A stretch of DNA of 37,115 nucleotides, taken from assembly GCF_001194135.2 (NCBI RefSeq), contig NC_068988.1:11528408-11565522 (forward strand), in the 5' to 3' direction. Made by a program: the position numbers and the translations under genes. Shown here in pieces: positions 22,530 through 34,580 of the stretch (positions within the stretch are counted from its first letter, which is position 1; each line of letters begins with the position of its first letter). The notes under the pieces were generated by a model. It was not told where the DNA came from. It did no database searches and saw only the letters and a program-made list of their open reading frames with translations. The DNA comes from Octopus bimaculoides (lineage: Eukaryota).

Positions 22530-23346
22530 GCGTGCATTGTATTCTCAGCTGGAATAACGAACGATATATGGAGCCTCAAAGGATAATCTTCGATCTCACA
22601 TATGTTTATGACCTGCTGAAATGAGGGGAAATTAGATAACCCCTACTTACCCATATATTCAAAACAAAAACAAGGAGATTGGGAGAGATTCTGAGCTTAT
22701 GTAAAGGGGCACTAACCCATGCGAGGTACAGAGATACACATAGAGACAGTCAAATGCTTAAAGAGATTCTACTTGTGATTTGTACAGCGAGAAGTAAGAC
22801 AAGGTCACCAGAATCTCAAATAATATTCTACATTACAGGGTACCGCAGTCTGTGTCTTGGAATAGCTGTACCACCGGAGTCATAAAAGCAGAGTCTACTA
22901 GATGGAGTGGGTAACTGAGAGAGCTCCGCAGACCTTTCGGAGTGAAAGAACTCATCCAGAAATCGTTAACAAGAGTGGAAAAGGACCTAATCTTGTACTC
23001 AATCCGCTCCCATCAAAACAATTGATTTCAATTGGATTCACCGTAACATATTAATGGAGAACGGCGGACCCCGTGTCTGCAAGATTGAAATATATGGTAG
23101 TTAAACATCAAATTGAGAGAAACATGCTTCCAAATAAAAGTCCTCTCTGCAAATGTGCGAGTGGATGAGGCTTTTGTGCACATCTACTTACAAACTCATC
23201 AAACGGTTCTCATTTTCTGCGGCGGGGTCGGCGGCAGGGGCGGGGAAAGCGGTGTCAGAGCTCTTAAGGCAACGGCAGGAGCAATTAAGAAGAGTTCTGA
23301 CTGGATCTGGTCAAGAAGGAATGAAAGTAAACTTCAGAAACCATAA
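22530..23346 (+). mobile_element. Decayed Hero-like non-LTR retrotransposon 3' end (zinc knuckle and RLE endonuclease)
   Basis: Ordered degenerate motifs MEPQRIIFDLTYVYDLL, LGEILSLCKGALTHARYRDTHRDSQMLKEI (HILS.C..AL..GRY.WRHD.VL-like), PEIV..SGKGPNLVL...KQLISIGFTV (RPD.V...IELTV-like), LKATAGAIKKSSDWIWSRRNE. Clade assignment from memory. Confidence 0.75.
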
Positions 23347-24046
23347 TTTACCCTCAGATAAGCTGGTGTCTCCAGGCCAGGTTGTTACAACGTCCAAGGT
23401 ACATTGGCTCCGCGGCATCTTGAACGTCCAGTAGTTGCAATACAAACACTCATTCAATAATTGATATTAGGCACTTTATTAAACTGTGAAGCAGACTCAT
23501 GATTTACTTAAAAGAATGAGTGTCCAATCAGGTTCTGACAACTGATATTGCTATGGATACATACATACGCGCATGCACACATACATAGACAAACGCGTGC
23601 ATATACATACATATGCACACACAATCATAATTTACGTACATAAATAGGCGTATGTAATATTACACATATTACTTATATGTGTAGATGTGTATATATATAT
23701 ATATATATATACACATATATATATATANNNNNNNNNNNNNNNNNNNNNNNNNNNNNNNNNNNNNNNNNNNNNNNNNNNNNNNNNNNNNNNNNNNNNNNNN
23801 NNNNNNNNNNNNNNNNNNNNNNNNNNNNNNNNNNNNNNNNNNNNNNNNNNNNNNNNNNNNNNNNNNNNNNNNNNNNNNNNNNNNNNNNNNNNNNNNNNNN
23901 NNNNNNNNNNNNNNNNNNNNNNNNNNNNNNNNNNNNNNATATATACATATATATATACACCTTTGTATGTGCGTACTCATGTGTCTATATATTAACTCAG
24001 AAGGCACATAGTTTTCGTAACTTTTAGTTTCCTTCATTCATTTATC

Positions 24047-24047
<1 letters not shown>

Positions 24048-24121
<74 letters not shown>
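24048..24121. repeat. (TTA)n microsatellite
   Basis: Direct reading. Confidence 0.98.
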
Positions 24122-24787
24122 TTCCGTGCTTTGGAATATTCATTCTAAGTAATTGGTGCCATTCATGTTTCTTGGCCGTCTCGACCTTAGCTAGATAAAG
24201 TGTGCTGAAACAACAAAATTCCTCATAACGTTGGAAATTAATGGATGAAAAGCACGGAATTGATTCCTACAATCATTTGTCTTTGATTGGCTGATTCCGA
24301 AATTTTATATTCCTGGCCTATACTGCCAAATTATATCTACATTCACAGAATATGGTATTCGAGTATTCACATTTGGCTTATATTCGAAGAAAGAAAAGCA
24401 AAAATAGAAGAAAAAAAAATCAATTTCATAAAATGCAGGTTATTTTGGTTGGAGGGTTTTATTGAATAGACAAAAATGGTTTTGGCAGTTAATATTTTCT
24501 AATCTAGTTTTGTTTTGATGTTGTAAAGTTTTGCACAAATTCAATAGCCAGTATTGCATGGGTATTTGGTGATTAGTATAGCTTAGTATAGCCAGCAAAT
24601 GGCTAACATAACTATTTGTTTTATTCAAGTCTTTTCTGTCTTTTCTATTTTGGTGAGATACCATATAGTCTACAAAGGAATAACGTGACTCTTTGCTATA
24701 TTCAGGACACTCTTTGTCTTCCGTGTCCGCTATTCATAAGTCTTCACTTTTGTTCTTTCATTTTTATTTGTTTAGGTCCTAGGACGG

Positions 24788-24930
24788 TAGTGACCATGCT
24801 GCAGCACCGAACTTGAAGGATTTTAGTCGATCGAATTTTTATTTCTGATATCTATTCGATCGATCTCTGTCTTTTGCCGTTTGCCTAGCTCGTGAGGACG
24901 TAATCAAACCAATACCGGTTGTTGTCAAGC
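24788..24930 (-). mobile_element. SINE family A 3' half, degraded
   Basis: gaccatgctgcagcacc...ttttagtcgatcgaa...ttttgccg...ggacgtaatcaaaccaataccggttgttgtcaagc. Confidence 0.7.
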
Positions 24931-24955
24931 AGCGAAGGGCAAGTACGACACTATA

Positions 24956-25276
24956 CTGGCACTCCGTCGCTTACGACGACGAGAGTTCTAGTTGATCCGA
25001 TTAACGGAACAGCCTGCTCGTAAGATTAACGTGCAAGTGGCTGAACTTAACACTCCTCAGACACGTGTAGCCTTAACGTAGTTCTCGGGGGAGATTCAAC
25101 GTGACAAACAATGAGAAAAGGCTGACCTTTTTCGAAATGAAGGTACCTCTTTGCTCTGTCGGCTGAGGTTACCGGAGCAGCGAGAAACAAAGTGTCGTGC
25201 CTAAGGACACAAAGCGCTACTGCATTTCGAACTCAGAAGCTTACAATCGTGAGTGAAATACCCTAACCACTAAGTC
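24956..25276 (-). mobile_element. SINE family C (tRNA-like head on minus strand)
   Basis: Reverse complement starts gacttagtggttagggtatttcactcacgat...gagttcgaaat (A/B-box-like), then tgtgtccttaggcacgacacttt. Confidence 0.7.
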
Positions 25277-25452
25277 ATAAACCTTCACTAGCACACAATA
25301 ACACACACATAGACACACACTTGCGCGCACACACACACACACACACACATACACACACACACACACACACANNNNNNNNNNNNNNNNNNNNNNNNNNNNN
25401 NNNNNNNNNNNNNNNNNNNNNNNNNNNNNTGCATGTATATATATTTATATGT

Positions 25453-25560
25453 GGCGGGCTTCCACATGGTTTCCGCTTACCAGATTCACACACACGATAT
25501 TGCACGAGACTCGGGAAGACACTTGAGCAAGGTGTTGTGCAATGAGTCTGATTTCGAAAT
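25453..25560 (-). mobile_element. SINE family A head, degraded
   Basis: cgggcttccacatggtttccgcttaccagattc...gaagacacttgagcaaggtg. Confidence 0.65.
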
Positions 25561-26072
25561 TAGAAAGCTATATCGGGGGGGGGGGTCCCATCTATTGAAA
25601 GGAGGTGCGTGGGTATATTCTGACCAGTCCCGTACCTAAGGGTCAATTATGCTCTATGCCTCTTGAGTAAGCACGGACGGAAGGGAACTAGACAGCCGTT
25701 TTCAACTTTAGAATAAACCAAGCTATGACAACGGGAAACCGCTGCTGTATCTTTCATAAGAAAAATCATGAAACTTCGGTTCTTGGCACAGATTTCCTTG
25801 ATCACTGACGCCTTTAGACATGAAAGGAAGAAGTGCTGCATTATATTATAACTTTTATTTATTACAGTATTATACGGTTTAAGTAATATTTTACTGTTAT
25901 TTATATCAGAACACAGAGACCAAAGCGAGGTGCCAGCATTCAGTCGAGTCTCATACACACACTCACACACATACACTCACACACATGCACTCACACGCAT
26001 ACACTCACTCACACACACACGCACGAACTCACATACACACAGTCAGATACATACACACATGTATATATTCGC

Positions 26073-26233
26073 AATGGACTTCTACACAGTTTCTACCTGC
26101 CAAATCCAATCACGAGTCATTGGTCGGCCTGGGCTAAAATAGAAGATACTTGCCAAATATGGAACGCAGTGAGACTGAACCCGAAACCAGGCGGTTGCAA
26201 AGCACCCTTTTCCACAATACAGACGCGCCTGCG
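26073..26233 (-). mobile_element. SINE family A head
   Basis: cagtttctacctgccaaatcc..ttggtcggcctgggctaaaatagaagatacttgcc..cgcagtgagactgaacccgaaacca. Confidence 0.8.
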
Positions 26234-26239
26234 AGTACA

Positions 26240-26259
26240 TAGACAAATAGGTAGGTAGG

Positions 26260-26330
<71 letters not shown>

Positions 26331-26355
26331 ACAGATAGATACATACATAGATAGA
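26240..26355. repeat. (GATA)n/(GGTA)n microsatellite
   Basis: Direct reading. Confidence 0.95.
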
Positions 26356-27136
26356 TATAAATATATATATAAATAATATACGTATTTATATATATATGTA
26401 TGTATATAAACATATGTATATATATACATATATGTATGTACAAGGATTTTTTTCTTCTGAAATAACAGTTNNNNNNNNNNNNNNNNNNNNNNNNNNNNNN
26501 NNNNNNNNNNNNNNNNNNNNNNNNNNNNNNNNNNNNNNNNNNNNNNNNNNNNNNNNNNNNNNNNNNNNNNNNNNNNNNNNNNNNNNNNNNNNNNNNNNNN
26601 NNNNNNNNNNNNNNNNNNNNNNNNNNNNNNNNNNNNNNNNNNNNNNNNNNNNNNNNNNNNNNNNNNNNNNNNNNNNNNNNNNNNNNNNNNNNNNNNNNNN
26701 NNNNNNNNNNNNNNNNNNNNNNNNNNNNNNNNNNNNNNNNNNNNNNNNNNNNNNNNNNNNNNNNNNNNNNNNNNNNNNNNNNNNNNNNNNNNNNNNNNNN
26801 NNNNNNNNNNNNNNNNNNNNNNNNNNNNNNNNNNNNNNNNNNNNNNNNNNNNNNNNNNNNNNNNNNNNNNNNNNNNNNNNNNNNNNNNNNNNNNNNNNNN
26901 NNNNNNNNNNNNNNNNNNNNNNNNNNNNNNNNNNNNNNNNNNNNNNNNNNNNNNNNNNNNNNNNNNNNNNNNNNNNNNNNNNNNNNNNNNNNNNNNNNNN
27001 NNNNNNNNNNNNNNNNNNNNNNNNNNNNNNNNNNNNNNNNNNNNNNNNNNNNNNNNNNNNNNNNNNNNNNNNNNNNNNNNNNNNNNNNNNNNNNNNNNAT
27101 ATATATGTATGTATGTATGTATATATATATATATAT

Positions 27137-27137
<1 letters not shown>

Positions 27138-27194
<57 letters not shown>

Positions 27195-27213
27195 TGATAT
27201 AGATAGATAGATA
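27138..27213. repeat. (GATA)n microsatellite
   Basis: Direct reading. Confidence 0.95.
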
Positions 27214-27968
27214 CATATATATATAAATATACATACATATATACATACATATATATATATAAGAATATATAGATAGAGAGAGAGTGGATAGAGAGAGGAG
27301 CTGGGGAGAAAGAAAGATAGGGATGTATATATAGGGATGTATATATACGTATGTGTGTACGTGTATGTTTGCTTGTTTGTGAGTGTACGAGTATGTGTGT
27401 GTCTGTGTGTCTGTATGTGAGTGAGTTTCTGTGTTTTGAATATGCATGACGCGTGTTGTTATATGTATCGGTATGTTTGTTTGTTTTTGCAATTGTTCTC
27501 GTTTCAATTATTCGAATGCATTTGCGCTGAGTTTTAAGTATTCCATATCGACACCCCTACTTGTTCCAACCCGATACATAAAATTTCTCAATCTATATTT
27601 ATCGAGTGTCCATGCCACTCTTTCGACGCAACATCAATAATATTGAAACGATGATTGATGTCAAACGTAGAAGTGCAAACAGGCATCATACACTCGCTCG
27701 CAAATACGTACAGGGACTCACTCGTTCCCACAAATACACATACAGACACACACACATACGGAGAGGAACATGTAGACACACGAAGACACGTCAGCAGTTA
27801 TGGGAAGACTACATCAGCGGTTTGATTGTAAATACTTTTTGTAAAATGTGTACAGCAGCTTATATGCATGCTCTAATGATGTTGTGCGAAATATGAATCA
27901 AACATACAACGTTTACAATACAAGAATGATGGAACTACTACAACTATACATATACATACATGCTTATA

Positions 27969-28018
<50 letters not shown>

Positions 28019-28580
28019 TTCCTACTTCTTATCACATAATTCCATATTTTGTCTCTGTTCTATTGATCTATCTATTTGTTCTATATAGGGTATTTCGTAT
28101 TGACTTTCCTGCGCGTAGCTGAGGCTTTTTTCGTGTGCAATATTTAATATGTCAGGACGAAAACTTGTAGTATATCATTGATATACGTGAATTTTTCGGC
28201 GCTCATACAAACACTTGTACATATATCCATACGTACACACTCACACGTGAGTGTGTATGTGTGCGTTTGTGTGTATATATGTAAGCAATCGTCTATATAT
28301 ACGTATATATATATATATATGTACATACACATGTACATGTATACATGTACATATATACATGCACATATATGTGTGTGCGTGTATTTATATAAATATATTT
28401 ATGCAAATGTGTACGTATATATCTATTGTGTATATATGTATTTATAGAGATATATGTATGTATAATTTACATACTCACATATATGCATAAATACATAACT
28501 ACATTCATGCATACATATGTAAATACATACATACATACACATATACATATACATACACATGCGCTCGTAGATACAATATA

Positions 28581-28687
28581 CTTCTGCACGGTTTCAGTCA
28601 ACCAAGAAGATAACCTGTCGTCTGGTCCAGGAATCGAAACCACAATCTTATGGTCTTGATTGCAATACCCTAACCACTAAACAATCC
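28581..28687 (-). mobile_element. tRNA-derived SINE head fragment
   Basis: Reverse complement ttagtggttagggtattgcaatcaagaccataagattgtggtttcgattcctggacc has A/B-box-like motifs. Confidence 0.6.
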
Positions 28688-28974
28688 ACTTCTGATATTA
28701 TAATCAATAGAAAACACCAAAATAGGAATGTCCATGGTCTTGTCATTTACCTAAAGTATAAATGTAATGTTTGTTTCGATGCCTGGTCTGATAACATTTT
28801 GTTGAATATTTAAACATATCACTTAAATCTGTCTCCAATTTGTCATGTGTACTTCAGTTTTTGCCATGAAGTCAAGGAGAGAAGAGCGATACATATGAGA
28901 ATTTCCTTCCTTGAGGACCTCCGAAACTATTGAGGTTATAAGGTGAAAGTTATCTTCAAACTGGAAACCAAGTA

Positions 28975-29639
28975 TTTACGACGGAGTTAATTCCCTTAAA
29001 GATAGCCTAGGATCAAGTAATGGTAGTGACAGTTTGTGCCTATCAGCCAAAGAAAGGCGAAGAAAATTGAAGAGTTCAGTTCAACGATGTCACAAATGCA
29101 TTGCATGCGATGGAGATTATCTTGAGAAGTAATTTAACATTTTGTACAGTGACAAACCAAGAAGTGCTGGACAGAGCTAGTTCAACAGCCATTGAGGCAA
29201 TGTTGCTGAAAGTTTAGTTAGCAATGTTTTTGAAAGCTGGCCTGGCCATGTCATTGGAATGACTGACAACCGCGTACTCAGACAGCTATTGTACGGTGAG
29301 CTCCTGCAGGACTCACGCAAAGAAAGAAGACCTAAACTGAGGTACAAAGACATTCTGAAAAGCAACTTCAAATGGAGCCGCATTAGTTCACGCAGACTCG
29401 ATGACTCTGCTGCAAACAGATTATCGTGGATGATTCTCACCACACGAGCAGCAGCTGGCTTCGAAGAGGACGTCTCAATGCTGCCAGAGAAAGACGTAAC
29501 AGGGCAGCGTCTGCTTCAATCCAGTCAACAGACATTTCTGGGTACCTGTGTGCTTCTAGCTTTGAACTGCGGAGTCACATTCGCTCCCATCTCTGAGAAC
29601 GCAGACTTAGTCATCATCGGATACTGGTGGACTACCAAC
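28975..29639 (+). mobile_element. Decayed RTE/BovB-like LINE remnant (short APE-like piece joined to the RT C-terminal end)
   Basis: VMVVTVCAYQPKKGEEN (29017-29067, YAP-like APE motif). From 29149: VTNQEVLDRASSTAIEAMLLK, GHVIGMTDNRVLRQLLYGEL..RKERRPKLRYKDILK, and terminal LCASSFELRSHIRSH. The 3' half is strong; the APE piece is tentative. Confidence 0.8.
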
Positions 29640-29672
29640 AGAGAAAGAGATATTCTACCAACATGTGCAATA

Positions 29673-30022
29673 TGAATGACCTATATTAGATATTAAAAAT
29701 AGATACACTCGCCTCTACACTACTTTCGTTATAACCCTCGAAACACTGCCTATCACATGGTGTTTCTCTTCAAGCAAACTTCCTGATATCATTTGAATCT
29801 GGAATTACAATCTCGAAGCAACATTCTTTAAGCATTACTCTTAAGTTTGAATGACCTATATCAGTTATTAAATGAGATATACCTACGTGTAGATTACTTT
29901 CTGTATAACCCTCGTAATTGAGTCTATCAACATAATGCATTCTCACCAAGCAGCGTTCATAGTGCCATTTGAATCCTCGATTAGGATCTGAAAACAGCTC
30001 TCTCTTAAGCATAGCTCTTCAG
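29673..30022. repeat. Diverged tandem duplication, about 175-177 bp period, two copies
   Basis: Anchors tgaatgacctata (29673/29848), ataaccctcg (29731/29905), atttgaatc (29791/29967), ttaagcat (29828/30005). Confidence 0.85.
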
Positions 30023-31364
30023 CTTTTGTTCAGCAAATATGATACCTGTTTACAAATCAAAGGGTTAATTTCAAAGTCAAATATTCCCATCAGGAATACA
30101 AAAAGAGCCGTTAATCCATCACAAACAGTTCAACCTTGTAGTAATGTTGATTCGGTTAGCAGGATTTTTACATAAAATGCAACCCTTAAAAGCTCTAACG
30201 ATACCACCACTTTGGGGCTGTAACCCCAGTGAAAATAAATAAAACGAATGAGAAAAAAAAAGAGCGTAATTTTCCAAGTCTATGATGTTACGTTTTTATT
30301 GCTGTTCCAAAATACATCGAGATCAAAGTCAGAGTAATTTTCGCTACCAAAAATGCATATTTACTAATTAAACATGACGTTTACATTGCAAGTTAATTTG
30401 TATTTAGGTTGCCTCAAAAGTTATCTTGTTCCCTCACTAGCTGATATCACAGATAAAGTATTAAATTAACCGCAGTAACACATTTTGTTTGTATATTTTG
30501 TTTAGAATTGTAAACACAATTTTAGATAATTATGAAAGCAAAAACAAAAAATATGATTTAAAAAAAAACAGAAAAACTAAGCAGAAAATATACTGAATAT
30601 GAAAACGAAGGAATTGAAATCTCAATTTTAGATAATTAGTGAAAATATCAATAACAGTACTTCGATGTCATTGTTAATTATTACAGCCTTAATGCTCAGG
30701 CAGCGTATCATTGTCTTCTTTTTGTTCTTTTTTTAATTGTTGTTTACAGATATTTGATTATATTTACGCCGATTCAATGAGAAATAAGCTGGAATGAACA
30801 ATAACAAGAGAGTATTGTTAATTAAGATTGACACTATAATGTATAGACCTATAATTAACACTGTTGTGAGAAATTATTGTCTTTAATAATAATTTAATAA
30901 TATAACCGGAAATGTGACCAACTCAACCCCACGTCTATTTATATTAAAATGAAGTCACGTCAATCGAGATTTGAAATCGAATCTGTATTTCATTGGTCAA
31001 GAAGTTGCGGTGACATTAAATACACGATAACCTTTATCGTAGTAAAAATGTACCCAGCGGATAGGTAATATTTACAAATTCTGTTAGATTTTGCATAAAT
31101 CAGCGCACACGTCACTAATTTTGGCAAATTTGCAAATAGATTTGTTTGGAGATTACGTATTGGCACTAATTTTTAAGTTTGTTGAGAATTCTTGCTGGTT
31201 ATATTATTACTGGTGGAACATTAAGTAAAGCAGTCACAATCATCGAGGGGCCAATTGTCTTTGCATTTAGTTTCTGGTTAATTTGTTTCTCTGTAGATTT
31301 TATTTATGGAAACTTTATTTCTTTACCTAAGTTCGACAATAAACCATAGGTAACGTTTAGTTTA

Positions 31365-31530
31365 GGCAACGAGCTGGTTCACTATTTAGCGCGTCGGATA
31401 AAATAAACTGTGGCAATTTTCCGGTTATGTACGTTCTGAGTCCAAATGCCGTCGACATTGCCTTCATTCTTTCGGGTTCAATAAAATAATTACCATTTGA
31501 GCACTGGCATTGCTTCAAATTGGTTGGCCC
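31365..31530 (+). mobile_element. SINE family B, degraded
   Basis: ggcaacgagctgg...tacgttctgagtccaaatgccgtcgac..gccttcattctttcgggttcaataaaataattacca. Confidence 0.7.
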
Positions 31531-31620
31531 TCTGCTAAAATTAACGGGGGTTTATGTGTGTTTACGCAAATACATTTTAGCATACAAATTTAGCAGCTAA
31601 TCTCTTCCTTATTAATAAAC

Positions 31621-31740
31621 CTTTTCATTATACAAACAAGACCCGGAATTTTGTGGAATGAAGCAAGTCAGTGACATCAACCCTTATACCCAACTTGTAC
31701 TTCTTTCATCGATCCCGAATAGATGAAAAGCAAAGTCGAT
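31621..31740 (-). mobile_element. SINE family B 3' part, degraded
   Basis: Reverse complement tcgactttgcttttcatctattcgggatcgatgaaagaagtacaagttgggtataagggttgatgtcactgact. Confidence 0.65.
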
Positions 31741-32886
31741 CACATTATAATTATTTTTCGACGCTTGTAAGAAATAATGTTTTTAAGTGATATCAGCCCG
31801 GCACAGATCATATATATATATATATANNNNNNNNNNNNNNNNNNNNNNNNNNNNNNNNNNNNNNNNNNNNNNNNNNNNNNNNNNNNNNNNNNNNNNNNNN
31901 NNNNNNNNNNNNNNNNNNNNNNNNNNNNNNNNNNNNNNNNNNNNNNNNNNNNNNNNNNNNNNNNNNNNNNNNNNNNNNNNNNNNNNNNNNNNNNNNNNNN
32001 NNNNNNNNNNNNNNNNNNNNNNNNNNNNNNNNNNNNNNNNNNNNNNNNNNNNNNNNNNNNNNNNNNNNNNNNNNNNNNNNNNNNNNNNNNNNNNNNNNNN
32101 NNNNNNNNNNNNNNNNNNNNNNNNNNNNNNNNNNNNNNNNNNNNNNNNNNNNNNNNNNNNNNNNNNNNNNNNNNNNNNNNNNNNNNNNNNNNNNNNNNNN
32201 NNNNNNNNNNNNNNNNNNNNNNNNNNNNNNNNNNNNNNNNNNNNNNNNNNNNNNNNNNNNNNNNNNNNNNNNNNNNNNNNNNNNNNNNNNNNNNNNNNNN
32301 NNNNNNNNNNNNNNNNNNNNNNNNNNNNNNNNNNNNNNNNNNNNNNNNNNNNNNNNNNNNNNNNNNNNNNNNNNNNNNNNNNNNNNNNNNNNNNNNNNNN
32401 NNNNNNNNNNNNNNNNNNNNNNNNNNNNNNNNNNNNNNNNNNNNNNNNNNNNNNNNNNNNNNNNNNNNNNNNNNNNNNNNNNNNNNNNNNNNNNNNNNNN
32501 NNNNNNNNNNNNNNNNNNNNNNNNNNNNNNNNNNNNNNNNNNNNNNNNNNNNNNNNNNNNNNNNNNNNNNNNNNNNNNNNNNNNNNNNNNNNNNNNNNNN
32601 NNNNNNNNNNNNNNNNNNNNNNNNNNNNNNNNNNNNNNNNNNNNNNNNNNNNNNNNNNNNNNNNNNNNNNNNNNNNNNNNNNNNNNNNNNNNNNNNNNNN
32701 NNNNNNNNNNNNNNNNNNNNNNNNNNNNNNNNNNNNNNNNNNNNNNNNNNNNNNNNNNNNNNNNNNNNNNNNNNNNNNNNNNNNNNNNNNNNNNATAAAC
32801 AAAGAAGAAAGAAAAAAAGTTTTGGTTTTGCTTCGTTTGTGATATGTGTTTTCGTATCCGTAAGTGTGTCCTGTGATTTTTACGTA

Positions 32887-33030
<144 letters not shown>

Positions 33031-33102
33031 GAGTGAGAGAGCAGTGCATGACATCAAAGTGAAACTGAGGAAATATATACGAAGGCCAATATACCCATCA
33101 TG
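33031..33102 (-). mobile_element. 3' fragment of the same (AAT)n-tailed repeat as 15944-16497
   Basis: gagtgagagagcagtgcatgacatcaaagtgaaactg...atacccatca resembles 15944-16015; interrupted by a SINE A head. Confidence 0.7.
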
Positions 33103-33110
33103 TTATATAT

Positions 33111-33258
33111 ACGACGGGCTTCTTTCAGTTTCCGTCTGTCAACTCCACTCACAAGGCTTTGGTCAGCCCGAGGCTATAGAAGAAGACACTCGCCAAAGTG
33201 CCACGCAGTGGGACTGAACCCGGAACCATGTGGTTCCGGGTTCTTACCATACAGCCAC
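33111..33258 (-). mobile_element. SINE family A head
   Basis: acgacgggcttctttcagtttccgtct...cacaaggctttggtcagcccgaggctatagaagaagacac..gtgccacgcagtgggactgaacccggaaccatgtgg. Confidence 0.9.
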
Positions 33259-33880
33259 GTTTACTATTATAATTTTTTTTTTCAGATTATATGCAATAAC
33301 GGAGGATAGATATTTATGTTGGTTATAAACCCTAATCCCTTAAACATTTTAATCAAATCCTTCATTGGTTTGTTCACCACGCAGTCATTTATTTTCGTGA
33401 TTAAACAAATCCATCGACTCTTTCCTATGCCTGAATTTCGGTAATATTTCTCTAATATCTCGTCAAATCCGCCCACATTTTATTTACCTACAGTGCACAG
33501 TGGATGTTAATCTTTTAACTTCACTGAACTGGGAAGATTGCTTCAGGATTATTCGTGGTTCTTTATTATAGCCTTACCGTTATGTTTAGTATATTATGCT
33601 CAGAATAGGTTTCTTTGGAAAAACCTCTAAACTTTATTGCATTTTCTACGATAAAGTGAATTTCATTATATACACTCGGTCATTTGTGACCTGAAGTATA
33701 ATATCGCCTGCGTAAAATAATATGAGAATAATAAAATGTCTACCATTTTAAATGACCAACTTTGATAAGATCGTTGCATGCCATTGGTTCGGGCTTCAGC
33801 TCGATGACACGTGACGGAATTGAAGAAATCCAGCAGCCAGGAATTTGTAGTCACCTAGAATCTGTTCATGCCAATACATT

Positions 33881-33916
<36 letters not shown>

Positions 33917-34202
33917 GTCATATCCATACGTTGTTCTTGTTATTGCTAATGGTGATATTTTTGTTCCTTTTCTCATTCTTGTTTATCACTGGTTTAAATT
34001 TCTTTTTGTAGAATTATGATCGAACGCTTATTTCTTGAAAGGTGTATCTAGGACTACGTTACTGAATATGTACATCTATATTTTTATGGCAATAGATTTA
34101 AGCGAGATTTGACTGCTATTTCTAGCAAATAGTATGACTTCATGAAAATTCCCGCGCTAACACAAACTATACGTACACACACACACACACTCATAGATGA
34201 AA

Positions 34203-34245
<43 letters not shown>

Positions 34246-34482
34246 ACGAGGAATGGAGTGAGAAAAAGAGAGAGAAAGTGTTTTTATTGTATACATGCCA
34301 ATGTATATATCCGTGCGTCAGAGAGAGAGGAGGAGAGAGGTGGAATGAAGACAGAAGAGATTGACAGGCCGTGAGATTCATGCGCCCACAGTAAGACAGA
34401 AACCCAGAGAGAGAGGGAGGAAGAAGAGAGAGACACTAAGACAGAAGCAGAAAAGCAGAAAGTAGGAGTGAAAGAGAAACGT

Positions 34483-34580
34483 AGACAGACAACAGGCAGA
34501 CAGACAACAGGCAGACAGACAGACAGACAACAGGCAGACAGACAGACAGACAACAGGCAGACAGACAGACAGACAAAAGC
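34483..34580. repeat. (AGAC)n-derived minisatellite with 15- and 23-bp units punctuated by aacaggc
   Basis: agacagacaacaggc x2, then agacagacagacagacaacaggc x2. Confidence 0.85.

Noticed and set aside
28903-28945. cctt-ccttga-ggacctcc-gaaac...gtta-taagg, a hammerhead-like layout
   Set aside because: The core lacks CUGANGA and stem II would have a 2-nt loop; probably chance.
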